From NCBI GenBank assembly GCA_951804945.1, contig OX638161.1, forward strand, positions 49,414,001 through 49,478,000: a stretch of 64,000 nucleotides of DNA, read 5' to 3'. The notes under the pieces are model-generated. The model ran no database searches and was not told the DNA's origin. It was given only the letters and a program-made list of their open reading frames with translations. Shown here one piece after another: positions 24,951 to 38,134 of the stretch (its first letter is position 1; each line of letters opens with the position of its first letter). This DNA is from Podarcis cretensis. Its lineage: Eukaryota. The position numbers were made by a program, and so were the translations under genes.

Positions 24951-25997
24951 CTCTAGACATATTCTCTACCCTGCCCATTCATACTGGCTGACTTAAAACA
25001 GTAAAACAGGATGGTGCTTGACTTTGCCAATACACCTCTTAAAAGAAATGTATCAGTCTTGCTTTTAGTGTCAACAAATGCATGCTATGAGTATTAATGG
25101 AAGTTGTCAATGCTCTCAATTTTAAGTTTGGCAGATAACATAGAAAATGAGGACAATGTCAGAAATGGAATTGACAGAGCCCTGTCTGCTTCTTGCCCCT
25201 ACTCCCAGCTGTCCATGGCAAATGGGTTTATTTATGTTCACTTTCGGACTTCTGTATTGATAGTTTTCTATTGCTTTCTAGAAAGCCTTTGGCGTTTGGG
25301 TTATGTGAACAAATTATAGTGATTTTGACAATTTCAGTGGGGAATAATTAGTTCATCAGGTTTTCCCCCACCACACCACCACCCTGTTTAGGGTGTTTTG
25401 CTCCCAGCTCCCACTCTTCTCTGCTGCTTGCGGTGAAGTAAGTCGAAGATGGTTAACAGCTGCCCCTGGAGGGAACAAATGTCAGCAAGGAAGTTTGGTT
25501 GAAACATGACTTATGATGGTGTGGGACTTGATGTTAATGGGGGGAAACTGATTAAGTTTGAGACTGAAGAAACAACAGACAGAAAAACCAGACAAGTTTT
25601 ACATAACATTGCTTAGTTCATGTCCTATGCAACTACATTGAACATGGCTATAGACCACCAGCAATTTTCAGGAACAAATGGAAATGGGAAGGGATGCGTA
25701 AAGGGTTTATTGTTTTTCTGTTTTTGTTCTTACTTTTATTTTGTATTTTATGTTGGTAACTGCCCTGAGATCTACAGATGAAGAGTGGTGTGCAAATTTA
25801 ATAAATAAAACAAAAGATCTGAAGGATATTTGTATTTCAATGGGATTGCAACTGTGCTTGGGTTGGGGGTGAGAAGGAGTTTCCTTTTTATTACTATGTT
25901 TATTAAGAAAATGATAAACTTTAAAAAAGAAAAAATTGGCTCTGCTTCAGTGGTGACAGATCTGGCTCATTTGCATGAGTCCTTAGTAGTTTTTGCT

Positions 25998-26000
<3 letters not shown>

Positions 26001-26041
<41 letters not shown>

Positions 26042-26800
26042 TTATACCCCACCCATCTGGCTGGGTTTCCCCAGCCACTCTGGGTGGCTTCCAACAAAGA
26101 TTAAAAATACAAAAAAAAATCAGTCATAAAAAACTTCCCTAAACAGGGCTGCCGTCAGATGTCTTCTAAACGTCAGATAGTTGCTTATCTCTTTGAAATC
26201 TGATGGGAGGGCATTCCACAGGGTGGGCACCACTACCGAAATGGCCCTCTGCCTGGTTCCCTGTAACTTGGCTTCTCGCAGTGAGGGAACCACCAGAAGG
26301 CCCTTGGCCCTGGATCTCACTGTTTGGGCAGAGCGACGGGGGTGGAGACGCTCCTTCAGGTACACTGGACCAAGGCCATTTGGGACTTTAAATGGTGCTT
26401 GCAAACGTACTGGGAGCCTTTGTAGATCTTTCAAGACTGGTGTTGTGTGGTCTTGGCAACCACTACCAGTCTGGCTGCAACATTCTGGATTAGTTGTAGT
26501 TTCCAGGTTACCTTCAAAGGTAGCACCGTGTAGTAGTCCAAGTGGGAGATAACTAGAGCATGCACCACTCTGGTGAGACAGTCTGTGGGCAGGTAGAATT
26601 TCAGCCTGTGTACCAGAGGGAGCTGATAGACAGCTGCCCTGGACACAGAATTACCCTGTGCCTCCATGGACAGCTGTGAGTCCAAAATTACTTCCAGGCT
26701 GCGCACTTACTCCTTCAGGGGCACAGTTGCCCCACACCCACCCGCCCCCTGTTCCCCAAGAACAGTACTTCTGTCTTGTCAGGATTCAACCTCAATCCAT
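26001..26800 (-). mobile_element. L2-like LINE 3' fragment with (TTA)n tail
   Basis: Degenerate ORF2 C-terminus (LDSQLSM..ALVISHLDY..LQLIQNVAARL; NGLGPVYL..R.S...LL.VP..PTLWNALP). Confidence 0.75.
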
Positions 26801-27635
26801 TATTCTTTTCCATAGCTCCTCCTATCCCTAAAATACTTAAAATTAAGGCCTATATTAGGGATGGGTGGAGCTTTAAATTTGGCTGGTCTCTGTTTCTCAT
26901 TTTTACAATCTTAAAATCAGTTCATCACATTTCCCCAGCAATATGCAGATTTTTTAAATAAGGAAAAATCCTCATGAATATTCATCAGCATTTTAGTGCA
27001 AATTTCTCCTAATACATAAATTTTGATGTGCTGTTTTGACTTTTTTGCAAGCAATTTTCAGTAAGATAATGCATTTTTGCATATTATTTTTACTAATATA
27101 AACATACTATGCACACTTATCTCTTATTACAGCATTTCTTCTTGCAACTAAAATATCTCTTTCTCCTTCCGCGGCTTATATGCTAATCATTTCCCCAGTC
27201 ATTGAATATCCGTAGCAACTTCAAAAGTTGTTTCTTTACCATAATTCAATTTCATTTCTATCTCTTGCATTGTTAACATAGATCTGAAGGATCTTATTTT
27301 GCCAAGTAATATTTCTTAGCTGCAGATTGTTCCAATTCTTTTTTCTTTTGTCAAATCTCAATTTAATGTACTTTCCCCCCTATTTGAGTAAGTAATTATG
27401 CTGTATGAAATAACATCCCATGAAAGTATTAAAGGTTTATTTCTTCATTTTTATTCATGTGAATTTATCATATTCTGGTTCTATTTGTTAATGCAACACA
27501 TAAATACAAATAATTTAATAGGCGTATATTGAGAGCTGAGTCCCAGCCTGAGTAGGCCACGAACTCTGCTCACATAACATATACACAAAACAGGAATGTA
27601 ATATTCTTTAATTCTATGATATCAGATGGAGTTGA

Positions 27636-30600
27636 TTAAAAGCTGAGCTTTTTCCTTATTAGTTGCTTCCTGTTGTTCAAGTCAGGTCTCAGGACAATGA
27701 TGAAGCATTTAGGGGCAAAGATGCAGCCTAATAACCCGGCAGTGGAGGCCAAGATGGAGAAGATTTCCACAGCCACCATGTATTTCCCCTTGGTGCTCAG
27801 GTAGGTTGGAACAAATGACAACCAAACACTGCAAAACATCAACATGCTGAAGGTGATAAACTTGGTTTCATTGAAACTGTCTGGCAACTTCCTTGCCAGG
27901 AAAGCCACAGTGAAGCTGGTGATGGCCAGAAGGCCCATGTAGCCCAGAACAAGATAAAACATGGTGACAGACCCTTCATTACATTCCAATATGATCTGTG
28001 TAGGTACTGACTGCATGTCCAAATTGGGGAGTGGCGGAGAAGTTGCTAGCCACACTACACAGATGCCTGCTTGAATCCAAGAGCAGAAAAGGACAATGGA
28101 GTTGGCCAATGTTTTCCCCACCCACTTCCTCATGCTGGACCCTGGTTTGGTGGCCATGAAAGCTACAACCACAGTGATGGTTTTTGCCAATACACATGAA
28201 ACTGCTACAGAGAAGATGATTCCAAAGGAAGTTTGTCGGAGGCAGCAAGTCAACTTCTGAGGTCTTCCAATAAAAAGTAAAGATGAGAGGAAGCAGAGAA
28301 GGAGGGAGACCAGGAGAGTGTAGGTGATGTCCCGGTTGTTGGCTTTGACTATGGGAGTATCTTTGTGCTTAATAAAAGTTCCTAACACTACGACCGTGGT
28401 GAGGGAAAAAGAAATAGCAACCAAGGCTAAACTGATCCCTAGAGGTTCTTCATAAGACATAAAGACTGTCAGTTTCGGGATGCACTGATCTCTGTCCTCG
28501 CTTGCATACTGATCTTCTGGGCATTTGGAACAGTCATCCATGTCTGAAGCAATAAAGAGCAATTCTCACAATGCTAATTTTGCATATGAAATGTGTAGTC
28601 CACGTAATTTTTTAAAAGAAATTCCAAATGATTTACATTAAATACATGCAGCAACCATTTCACACCATTTCCATTCACCACCCCTGCACACGTTGGCAGA
28701 GTGTACATAAGCAAGCCCTGCCCCCTTCCACCCCACAGTCTGCTCCCGTTCTGCCCTTTCAGCCTGTACTATAACACAATCTTTATTTTTTTACATAAAG
28801 AACTTGTCAACAAAATAAAATAATACAAAAAATTCACCACTATTTGTCATATTATTTTATGATTTTGTACAGTGTGTGATATTGGCATAACACCTAATCA
28901 GTTATTGTGTATGTTACTACTATGGGAATTCCAATTTTGTGGTGACATAAGAGACTGTGACAGGTATATGCAGAGATATATCCTGTGCAACTGGGGGCGG
29001 GGGACATCTTTCAGCATGCAGACACTGCTTGGAACCATTTCTGCCTTGTCCCTACAGTAAGCAATTTCTTTTCAGAACAGTTTTCCCCATATCAACCAGC
29101 CTGACCTCAGAGATCAGTGGGGAGGGCTGTGTGAGGTCAAACTGAGTAGTATGTGTGAGATCCTTGCACAGGACTTTGTTAGTGGTGATACCCCAGTTTT
29201 GGTGCTCTCTCCCCTCGGAGCCACACATCATCACACTGTTGAAGGCTTTCATTTGTTTTATTTGATTGCAGCTTTTTCATCTGTTCTTTGTGAGTTTCTA
29301 TTCATAGGTTGTTTATTGAAACCTCTTTGAGAACATAAAATAAATGAAAAGAAGAATGAACGAAAGTGAAGTTAATAAATAAACAAATCCTCATTGGGTA
29401 AAATAGGTTAACAAGAGGGAGTAACTTGAACAGTACTGAGGTTTGTGGCCTACTCAAAATGGACTAAGCTGCCCTTACTCTCTGTGTAGAAACTGAACCT
29501 ATGATGCCACCATAACTTGATTAATTCCCTCTCATAACCAAACATATTAACTGAAAGCATCCAGAAGACAAAGACATTGAGACCTACCCTTCTGGGTGGA
29601 AATCTTTCCTTCTGGACACAGGGTGCAACTGTAGCAGCAAAATTTCATTCCTTCCTTCTTTTTCTTCTGATAACCAGGATGGCAAGAGTCACTGCACACA
29701 GAGACAGGCAGCACCTGCTCATAAAGGGGATGAAATGATTAGTAGAATGGGAGAAATTGGCAATCTCTCTGTTTACTCCAAAAGCACATGATAAACATGG
29801 AAGAATTCATAACAGGGTAAATGCAATATAAGCATGCCACAATGTGCCAAAACAGTACTGAGCATATAATGCATTATTTTTGCAGTCTATTGTTTAGAAC
29901 CACACTTCTCAGAATAGTGTAATAGGGTTCTCCTAACAACTCTCAGCATCCTTAACAAACTTCGGTTCTTAAGAATTTGAGTAGGTGGGCATTTTTATTA
30001 AAGTGGTCTAATTGTGGTCATAATGTATAACTGTGGCTTGGTTACCAAAGGCTGACAACCTCCCAACTACAAGAATAGCAAAGATGAAAGCTGTAAATTT
30101 AGACAACATTTTCCTAAGGGACATTCCAGTACATATTGACATTCATTATTCTATGTTACGAACACCAATCCTTTTGGAGATAAGAATCATTTTGTATCTC
30201 CAACCAACATGGCAGAAGGCATAAACTGGAAGCTTATCAAGAATCCAAACCTGGTTAAAACTCCTGTGCCACACAATTATATCTGTATTAATGATGAACT
30301 CTTTTCCTTCCTGAAACTTGGAATCCACCCTTCCAACTTTGACTCTCTGGAAAGATTTGTTTGGGAAAGTGATCATGTTCATTATGTCAAATCCACCTCT
30401 CCTCTCCCTGTTATTTTGAAAAAAGATTGCTTCTCCAACTGAGTTATTAAACAAAATGCTTTCAAGAAAAGGGTGCAGCTAGTGGGAAAAGAGCAAGGGT
30501 GGTTAGAAATGGGATCAAACCTATTGGAGAAAATATACTTTAAAAATTTGTTGGCAACATTGCTTATGTAGTTTAATCCTACAAAAAATCTGTCTAAAAT

Positions 30601-33515
30601 ATAGTTTATATTTAAGGCAAGAGAACCAGTATGCCATGGTCGTTATAATTTAATTTGAATAATAGTAATTATTATCATTATTATTACTATTATTATTATT
30701 GAATAAAGTTGGAAGATGCATTATTTTTTATATTCTCTTTATGTAAATGAGATTGTTTCATTATGAATACACTACCTTCCAAGGCTGGAGATCTTGAAGA
30801 CTTTTGCCACTCATTATTGGACTGTGTTTGGATCTAGATGACCCTATGGCATGCAAAGCATGTGCCACAGCATAGACGGCATTATAGATACTGTAGCTGT
30901 GGCCAGTCATGTGCATTTCAAATACAGATGCAGGAAGATTCTCCAAACTCTCCTCTCCAGTACAAGTTCCATCTGGAAATAAACAGTCAAATGCTTGCTC
31001 CCAGAAGTCCTTGAGAAAGCCATCTTCTTGATTCCAGCCAGGTTTTGCGATCTGAAGAAATTCCTTGAATCCTTGAATCTCGTCAGAGTGAATTGTGAAG
31101 GACAGGGCGCCTTCAAACAATTGAAAATCCCATCCATTCTGAAGGCCTGTTAATGTAAAATCCAGCTGGGCTGTCATAACCCACACCTTTCCAAGTGATG
31201 TTCTTTCATTGTAGCTAGGAACTCCTATGAGCACATATGTATTCACCCATAGAATGGTCGTAGAATCTCCATAGATGACAAAGGTAGTGGCTTTGCTCTC
31301 TGAGAAAGCTAGATAAATAAGAGAGGCTAATATGTTAACTGCATTGAGATTCAGTGCATTGTTTTGTTTTGGAATCATTTGTGTGAAGGCTGAACAGATT
31401 CCATTCTGAAAAAGCAATGGCTCCAGGACCTGTGTGAAATGTTCTCCACTGTCATTATCCACAGCAAAGAGCCCAATCCAGGTCCAACCAATATGCTTCA
31501 GCAAGCTAATGATCCCAATGTACTGCTTCACTTCACTTGGGACCATATGGTAAAAGGAAGGCAACTGTGTTGTATGACTCTGCTCAGAGGTGAATGAACC
31601 GTAAGTGAGCTGAAGGGGAAAAGACAAATATTTTAAGAGGAGCATCTGAGCCTGTCGCCCTGTGCAAAACAGGAATAGTTATCAGAGCTGTGGAAAAACT
31701 CCTTCACAATTCTGGGAGCAGGCCAAAATTGTATTAAAGGTCTCTGATATGTAGACTGGGGAAATGTAACATTTAGTAACTTGTAAAAGAGGTGTTCTGA
31801 TGACTAGCACCTCTCATTTAAAATGAAGTCACAGTTCATTTCCATTTCTTTCTTTTTCTTTTCTTTTTTAAGGATATTGCAGCTGCTGCACACTTGGGAA
31901 ATGGCACCACTAAGCTTCAGGGGAACTTCAGCATCGGGAAGATTTTGATTTTCTCTCATCCATTCCTCTGCTTATTCTGACCCTCAAAATTACTCTCAGC
32001 ATTCCAGGAGAAGAATGAACTTAGTGACTATCCCCCCTTCATCCATGGATAAATCCTACCTGAGGATACTTGTATAGGCTTAAGAGTTCTGCCATGTGGA
32101 AGGAGACATCAGAACCAAGTCCCCCAATGACAGCTATGAGGTTTTTTTGGTTGTTGCATTTGTAACTAGGGACAAATCTTGTGAATCTGAAGAGCAGATC
32201 CATAGTGGTCCGATAAGTCATCCTTGTGTTGTAGTAGCTGTCATAGATGTGGAACCCAAGAGTGACATTGGGCAAGATGCTGGGATTCTCGTTGATCTCA
32301 TTTATGGCAAACACCAAGGCGAGGATGTGCTGGTAGAATTTTAGCACCACACTGCAGAGAGAGATTGAGTGCTCTTTCAGCAAAGAAGCACTTAAGGCAG
32401 CCAAACTCTTTAGAACAATTCTGCTCCATCCTGTCTATAACCAAATTGTTTGCCACTGGGATATCAGTCATGGTGATTATGATAATACCACATTTCTACT
32501 GAAAGTACCCTATTACTGCTGTTCCTGATATAGTAAAACTCTTCCTTTACAGACAAAATAACATGTGTAAAGCATCACAACACTGACAAAGGTTTTCCTG
32601 CCTTGAACCAATAGTGAGTCCTAAACTTTCCGGTCCAGGAGTTTCCTTCAGAAATTTAATCCTGGGGACAGAACTCAGTTCCAGCACCTTTCAAGTAGGT
32701 GTTCAATGTGAGTTCTGGCACCTCTTTTACTAGGAAAAATAGCACTGGATATAGTTCTGAAGAAGCCGTTGTTTGAAGCACACATCATTGTAATACATTG
32801 CTTTTCCTCTCTCTCTAAGGAGCCTAAAAAGAAGAAATACATACATGCATGACCATGTACCTAAAGCTGATATGTTTATTGCAGTATTTTGTGTATTTCT
32901 TTTTTTAAAAAAAATGATAACAGTTTTTGTAATGATTTATCGTATTTATTGAGAGCAGATTTCTATGAAACTATTATTTACTGATATTTGGAAATTTCTT
33001 TTATTATATACTATCATATTCCGTATGGATCATTGAATATTACTTTATTTGATATAACTTTACTTTAAAGTGATCTTTTCTATTATCACTAATTTGTTTT
33101 GGATCAGATTGTTATGAGGTGTGCGATCTTCCGTCTATATTTTGTGTGTTTCCAGCTTGTACCATAGGAAGATGGTATATAAAAGTAAAAGCAAAATCAA
33201 ATCAAATCCTATCACTTGTATGAGCAACAAGCTCAGATGAAGCAGATTGAGGGGGGAGGTGAATGCTTACTTTGGAACCTCAAACAACTCATGATTAGGG
33301 AGTATACTGAAGAGTAGTTCATGGAAATGGTAAGAGATGTGAGAAGTTATCCCACCAATGATGAGGCTCCCGGGCTGGTACCACTCATGTGGAACAGGCA
33401 GGGGATCATTCATGTGGCACTTCCTGGTATCTGCTTTACATTGTTTGAGAGGCTGAAGCAGCAGCAACAACACATGTAGACCCACCATCTTTACAGCAAA
33501 CTTCCTCTCTAGCAT
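27636..33515 (-). CDS. V2R gene D, intact (877 aa), close paralog of B. Exons 33515-33271, 32351-32060, 31609-30776, 30478-30251, 29714-29588, 28543-27636
   Basis: Exon sizes 245/292/834/228/127/908 = 2634 nt, GT-AG sites, open frame, same domain motifs as gene B. Confidence 0.92.
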
Positions 33516-35276
33516 TCTCTTGCTCCAGCATCCAGCCTTACATTAATGCCTTACTTTGGGTGGTGCCTGACTCTGCCAATAAAGGAAAACAACACACTTA
33601 TCTTTAGTATCAGCAGAATTTGAGTGCATGCCTCAGCAGGCTAGTAGAGACAACCAATACAGACTCTGAAGTCTGCTATACAAAATGGCAACACACATCA
33701 CAGCTCAAACTGGCAGAACCTTACCTGCATCTTGTCACTCATCAGTGACAGGAGGCTTGTTTGTTTTCTATATCTACTTATAGAGATAGTGCTTTTACTA
33801 AATGTTGTTATTTTCTGAAACACCACTGGAGTTTTGGGCAGGTGATTTGGACAGTAATTTGGATAGGTGCAGGGGGAGATAAGTTACCTCTGAAAAGTCA
33901 CTGTGCCAGAATCCTTTTAGATAGAAAACATGTTTGTCTCTATTTGAATCTGGCCACAAGATTAATATGCTCCTCAAAGGGACTACAAGTAGGTGACAGG
34001 TCCCAGATTTCCAAGGCAAGCAAACGCCAACAGGAAAATAATACCCTAAAGTGAAGCCATTGGCTTGACAGGGGGACAGGATGAAGTGCTATGTTCGATC
34101 ATTTTCTGAAACACATTTCCATAATTATGAAAATTATGAGAAGATTATGAGCACTGCCCGGTTCCAGTTTTATGACTCACACTAGATACAAGGTTTGCTG
34201 TGTAGTTTGGAATTGCCAGTGCAAGTTGCAACAAGACACTGGTGAGGAGGACTGTGGAAGTTTGAAAGGCCCCTCCAGATTTTATTCTTATTGAGCTTTA
34301 TTCCTGATTCACTTGCCCCAAACCAAGCTTCCATGGAGGTTAGATTGTAACTGGTCTTCACTGAGCATTCATTCTGATTAGTTTGTGCAGAAATTATAAA
34401 ATCATGAGAATTCATTCTGTTTTGGGATGGATAAGAAGTTTGATTCAGTTCCCATTTAAATGCAAATATAGCAAATCCACACTTTCCAAAGCAATGTGAG
34501 AACTAAAACACAGACATCCCCTAAATTCAGAAATTTATCCTACTTTTGATGCAGTTCTCCAACGAATGTCCAGAAAAATGCATCGGTTTGCAGAAATGTG
34601 TATAAAAATGGAAAGACCACTGAAAAAGACCACACAAAATTACTTACCAAAATGTGTACACACAAATTTATTAGCAGAAAATTTTATTAGGAGAATTTTG
34701 CACTAAAATTCTGGTGAACTTTCAAGAGTTTTTAAGAAAAAAAGATATTTACAAATTACTGCAGAAATGTAAATAACTGAATTTAAGATTGGGAAAATTA
34801 ACAGATCATTCCATTCCCAACCCTGGCTTGCTTGCATGGTGCTTATATATCTACACATTAAAAATTAGTTGATCCCACACTTTTCAATTCATTTCCTTAT
34901 CACTTTCCTAACAGCCAACAGTACAGGTTTATTTTGGTGGATATGTTGCACTAGGTCAGCAGAACACTTTGATCTATTTTAAATGCACAAACCTGTAGTT
35001 CTGCAATGTGATGGAATCAGTACTGACAGTACCTCACTCCCGTGCCCCCACCACAATTCTGAAACCACCTATCAGCTCCCCAGTTGCCGCCAGCGGCCAC
35101 CAATCATTCTCCCGTGTTGTTTGGTATAATCCTGTTTCTGGGTTTCCCACAGGGATCTGATCGAACAGGCTGCTGAATTAGATGGGCCATTGGCCTGATC
35201 TGGCAAGCCCTTCTTGTAAACCATACGGTGGCCTTTGGGTGAAGGACTATATATATAAAGAGAATGAAATAATAAT

Positions 35277-35278
35277 AT

Positions 35279-35317
<39 letters not shown>

Positions 35318-35745
35318 TACCCCGTCCATCTGCCTGGGTTTCCCCAGCCACTCTGGGTGGCTTCCAATAGAATATAAAAAACACAATAAAACATCAAACA
35401 TTTAAAAATTCTCTTAAAAGGGCTACCTTCAGATGTCATCCAAAAGTCAGATAGTCATTTATTTCCATTACATCTGATGGGTTAGCATTCCACAGGGCGG
35501 GCACCACTACTGAGAAGGCCTTCTGCCTGGTTCCCTGTAACCTCACTTCTCGCATGGAGGGAACCTCCAGAAGGCCCTCAGAGCTGGACCTCAGTGTCTG
35601 GGTTGGACGATGGTATACAGGTCCAAGGCCATTTAGGGCTTTAAAGGTCAGCACCAACACTTGGAATTGTGCTCAGAAACGTACTGGGGGCCAATGTAGG
35701 TCTTTCAGGACTGGGGTTATGTGGTCTCAGCAGCCACACCATGGA
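35277..35745 (-). mobile_element. L2-like LINE 3' fragment, same family as 26001-26800
   Basis: LVLTFKALNGLGPVY...AFSVVVPALWNA; shares the 3' end TTTATACCCC.CCATCTG..TGGGTTTCCCCAGCCACTCTGGG. Confidence 0.75.
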
Positions 35746-36309
35746 CACACCATGTAATCTTTATAGTTGTTATAAGGTTTGAGTATGATCTTTATTTTGA
35801 TAATTTTTTGTATCCAACTCTCCTTGTGAGAGATGCTTTATATTCCACTGACTACTGAAGGAAGGGCTTATGCAAACCCTTCCTGGAGATTGGATTCCTT
35901 CCATAAAAGTAAAACCCACACATTTCCCATCCTCACTTTCCCCCCAGTTGAACGGTCATATTCCCTTTCTATCTGGGCCATCTCTTCAATACCATGATGA
36001 AATTGCTGCTGATCTTGTTTTCCTTGGAGGTCATTCGGAAATGTAAGGATTCTCTCTCTGGGAAGATCAGAAATGCCAGTTTGGTCAATTAAATGGGTTG
36101 CATCTGACGGTACCCATTGAAATTTATAGAAGCAAGTTAATCACCCTTGTTAACATCACTGTGTCTATTCTGAGTATGCTTAACCTTAGGCACAATCCAG
36201 GCCAGATTTTCCCATCCTGGTGCCCTTCAGATATTTTGGATTACAGCTCCTGTCATCTCCAGATGGGCCAGTTGCACCCCTATCTGGACAGAGATAGCCT
36301 AATCACTGT

Positions 36310-36670
36310 GGGACGCGGGTGGCGCTGTGGGTAAAAGCCTCAGCGCCTAGGGCTTGCCGATCGAAAGGTCGGCGGTTCGAATCCCTGCGGCGGGGTGCGC
36401 TCCCGCTGCTCGGTCCCAGCGCCTGCCAACCTAGCAGTTCGAAAGCACCCTCGGGTGCAAGTAGATAAATAGGGACCGCTTACTGGCGGGAAGGTAAACG
36501 GCGTTCCGTGTGCTGCGCTGGCTCGCCAGATGCAGCTTTGTCAAGCTGGCCACGTGACCCGGAAGTGTCTCCGGACAGCGCTGGCCCCCGGCCTCTTGAG
36601 TGAGATGGGCGCACCAACCCCAGAGTCTGTCAAGACTGGCCCGTACGGGCAGGGGTACCTTTACCTTTAC
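36310..36670 (+). mobile_element. Sauria SINE, same subfamily as 14239-14611
   Basis: Near-identical head and body; (ACCTTT)n tail. Confidence 0.9.
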
Positions 36671-37057
36671 TATACAAGGGAAAAAGAATTGGGAAGGAGG
36701 AAGGAGGGAGAAGCTAATTTCAAGTTACAAGCCTGGAGCTAACACACTGTTAGATAGTTTTGTCTTTGCAGATTCTGCCTGTCTAGCAGAAGAGCAACTC
36801 CTCAGTCATGGTTCTGGTTGTCTTGCCCTTGATAAAGAGCAATGCCTCCCTGCAGCAATCTTTTCCCCTAGATCAGACTTAGAGGCCGAGCAGGTGACAA
36901 CACCCAGGCCAGGAGGACAGTTCCTACAGCTCTTTCTTCAGACAGCTGTAGGGGCAGTTAAAATACCAGGGGCAAGGCCAATACACAAAGACGTCTCCCT
37001 TTCCTCCATATCTGAATTTCTGAAGGGGGCTTATAAGCCTCTTTTATGCACAGACAT

Positions 37058-37065
37058 ATGAAAAT
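37058..37065 (+). promoter_or_regulatory. Degenerate Ig octamer (ATGAAAAT vs ATGCAAAT) in heavy-chain orientation
   Basis: 7/8 match, about 90 bp upstream of the VH leader ATG at 37148, the usual VH promoter position. Confidence 0.45.
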
Positions 37066-37147
37066 ACATAGACAACTTCTTTGTTAAGAAGCCCTACTTG
37101 CCTGTGATCACTTTCCAGACAATCTGTCAAAACTTACGGGAAGTGAA

Positions 37148-37685
37148 ATGACACCGTGGCTACAGTTTGTTAATAAGCATAATCATAATTTGTTTATACC
37201 CCACCCATCTGGCTGGGCTTCCCCAGCCACTCTGGGCATTCCAAAAAAGTATTAATGTTATCCTTGCAGCCATCTTCAAAGGTATTTTTTCCTCCTGATA
37301 TGGTGCAATAGCAAGTGCGGAGTAGTGTAGTGGTTAAGGTATTGATGGAGGACCCAGGGTTTGAGTCCAGGAGGGAGGGTAAAAAGTCCCAGAGAGACCC
37401 TTAACCTTTCCTTCCAGTGTTCTGGCTTCAGCTTCTACAGCTTCCCCATGCACTGGGTGAGGCAGGCTCCCAGGAAGGGACGGGGATGGATTGCCTTAAT
37501 ATACACTGGCGGGAGCAGACAGTTTTATGCCCCCTCAGTGAAAGGACACTTCACTGTCTCAAGGAACAAACCTTCAAGCAAGTTGGAACAGCAAATGAAG
37601 AACATGAAACCAGATGACACAGCTGTCTATTACTGTGTAAGATCCTTCCTGCATTATCACAGCAATATATCACCGATCAAAAACC
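37148..37685 (+). pseudogene. IGHV: Orphan immunoglobulin heavy-chain variable (IGHV) pseudogene with leader exon, V exon and RSS
   Basis: Leader MTPWLQFV/ILAAIFK-G is 46 nt once an insertion at 37173-37260 is removed; GT donor at 37282. V region ~37364-37642 reads ETLNLS.Q.SGFSF...MHWVRQAP.KG..WIA..Y..SVKG.FTVSR....QMKNMKPDDTAVYYCVR. First Cys is Phe, and the V-exon acceptor is replaced by a SINE head. Nonamer TCAAAAACC at 37677-37685. Confidence 0.88.
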
Positions 37686-37746
37686 TTAGTGTGGTAGAAA
37701 CTGACTTGAATAGGTAAAATGATGGCAGAGCGAACTTTTATATTTA

Positions 37747-38000
37747 CCGTATTTTTCCTTGTATGAAATGCCCCCGTGTATAAGACGACCCCTATTTTGG
37801 GGGACTCAAAATTAAGGAAATATAGGGAGATTGCCCAGAGTTATTCAACTTTCTGGGGGGGGGGTGTTTGCGCAGAGTTGTTGATCGATTTGGGGGGGGG
37901 GGGAGTTTGCCAAAAACCACTCATCCGCCTAACCAGCACTGCCAATCTCACAACTTGCCAAAGCCACCCATCATCTGCTTACCAGCCACAAGCAACCACT
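37747..38000. mobile_element. Probable mariner/pogo-type DNA transposon end
   Basis: TA-CCGTATTTTTC...GTATAAGACG terminus pattern; no matching opposite end found. Confidence 0.4.
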
Positions 38001-38134
38001 AATCACAGCTTGTTAAAGGTATTTAGTTGATCTGGACCTTGTTTAGGAATAAATGACCAAGAATAAGTTTCAATGCTTTACTACAGAACAGTCTTAAAAC
38101 TATCTACATATAAACATTGCTAAGAACAAGGTAA

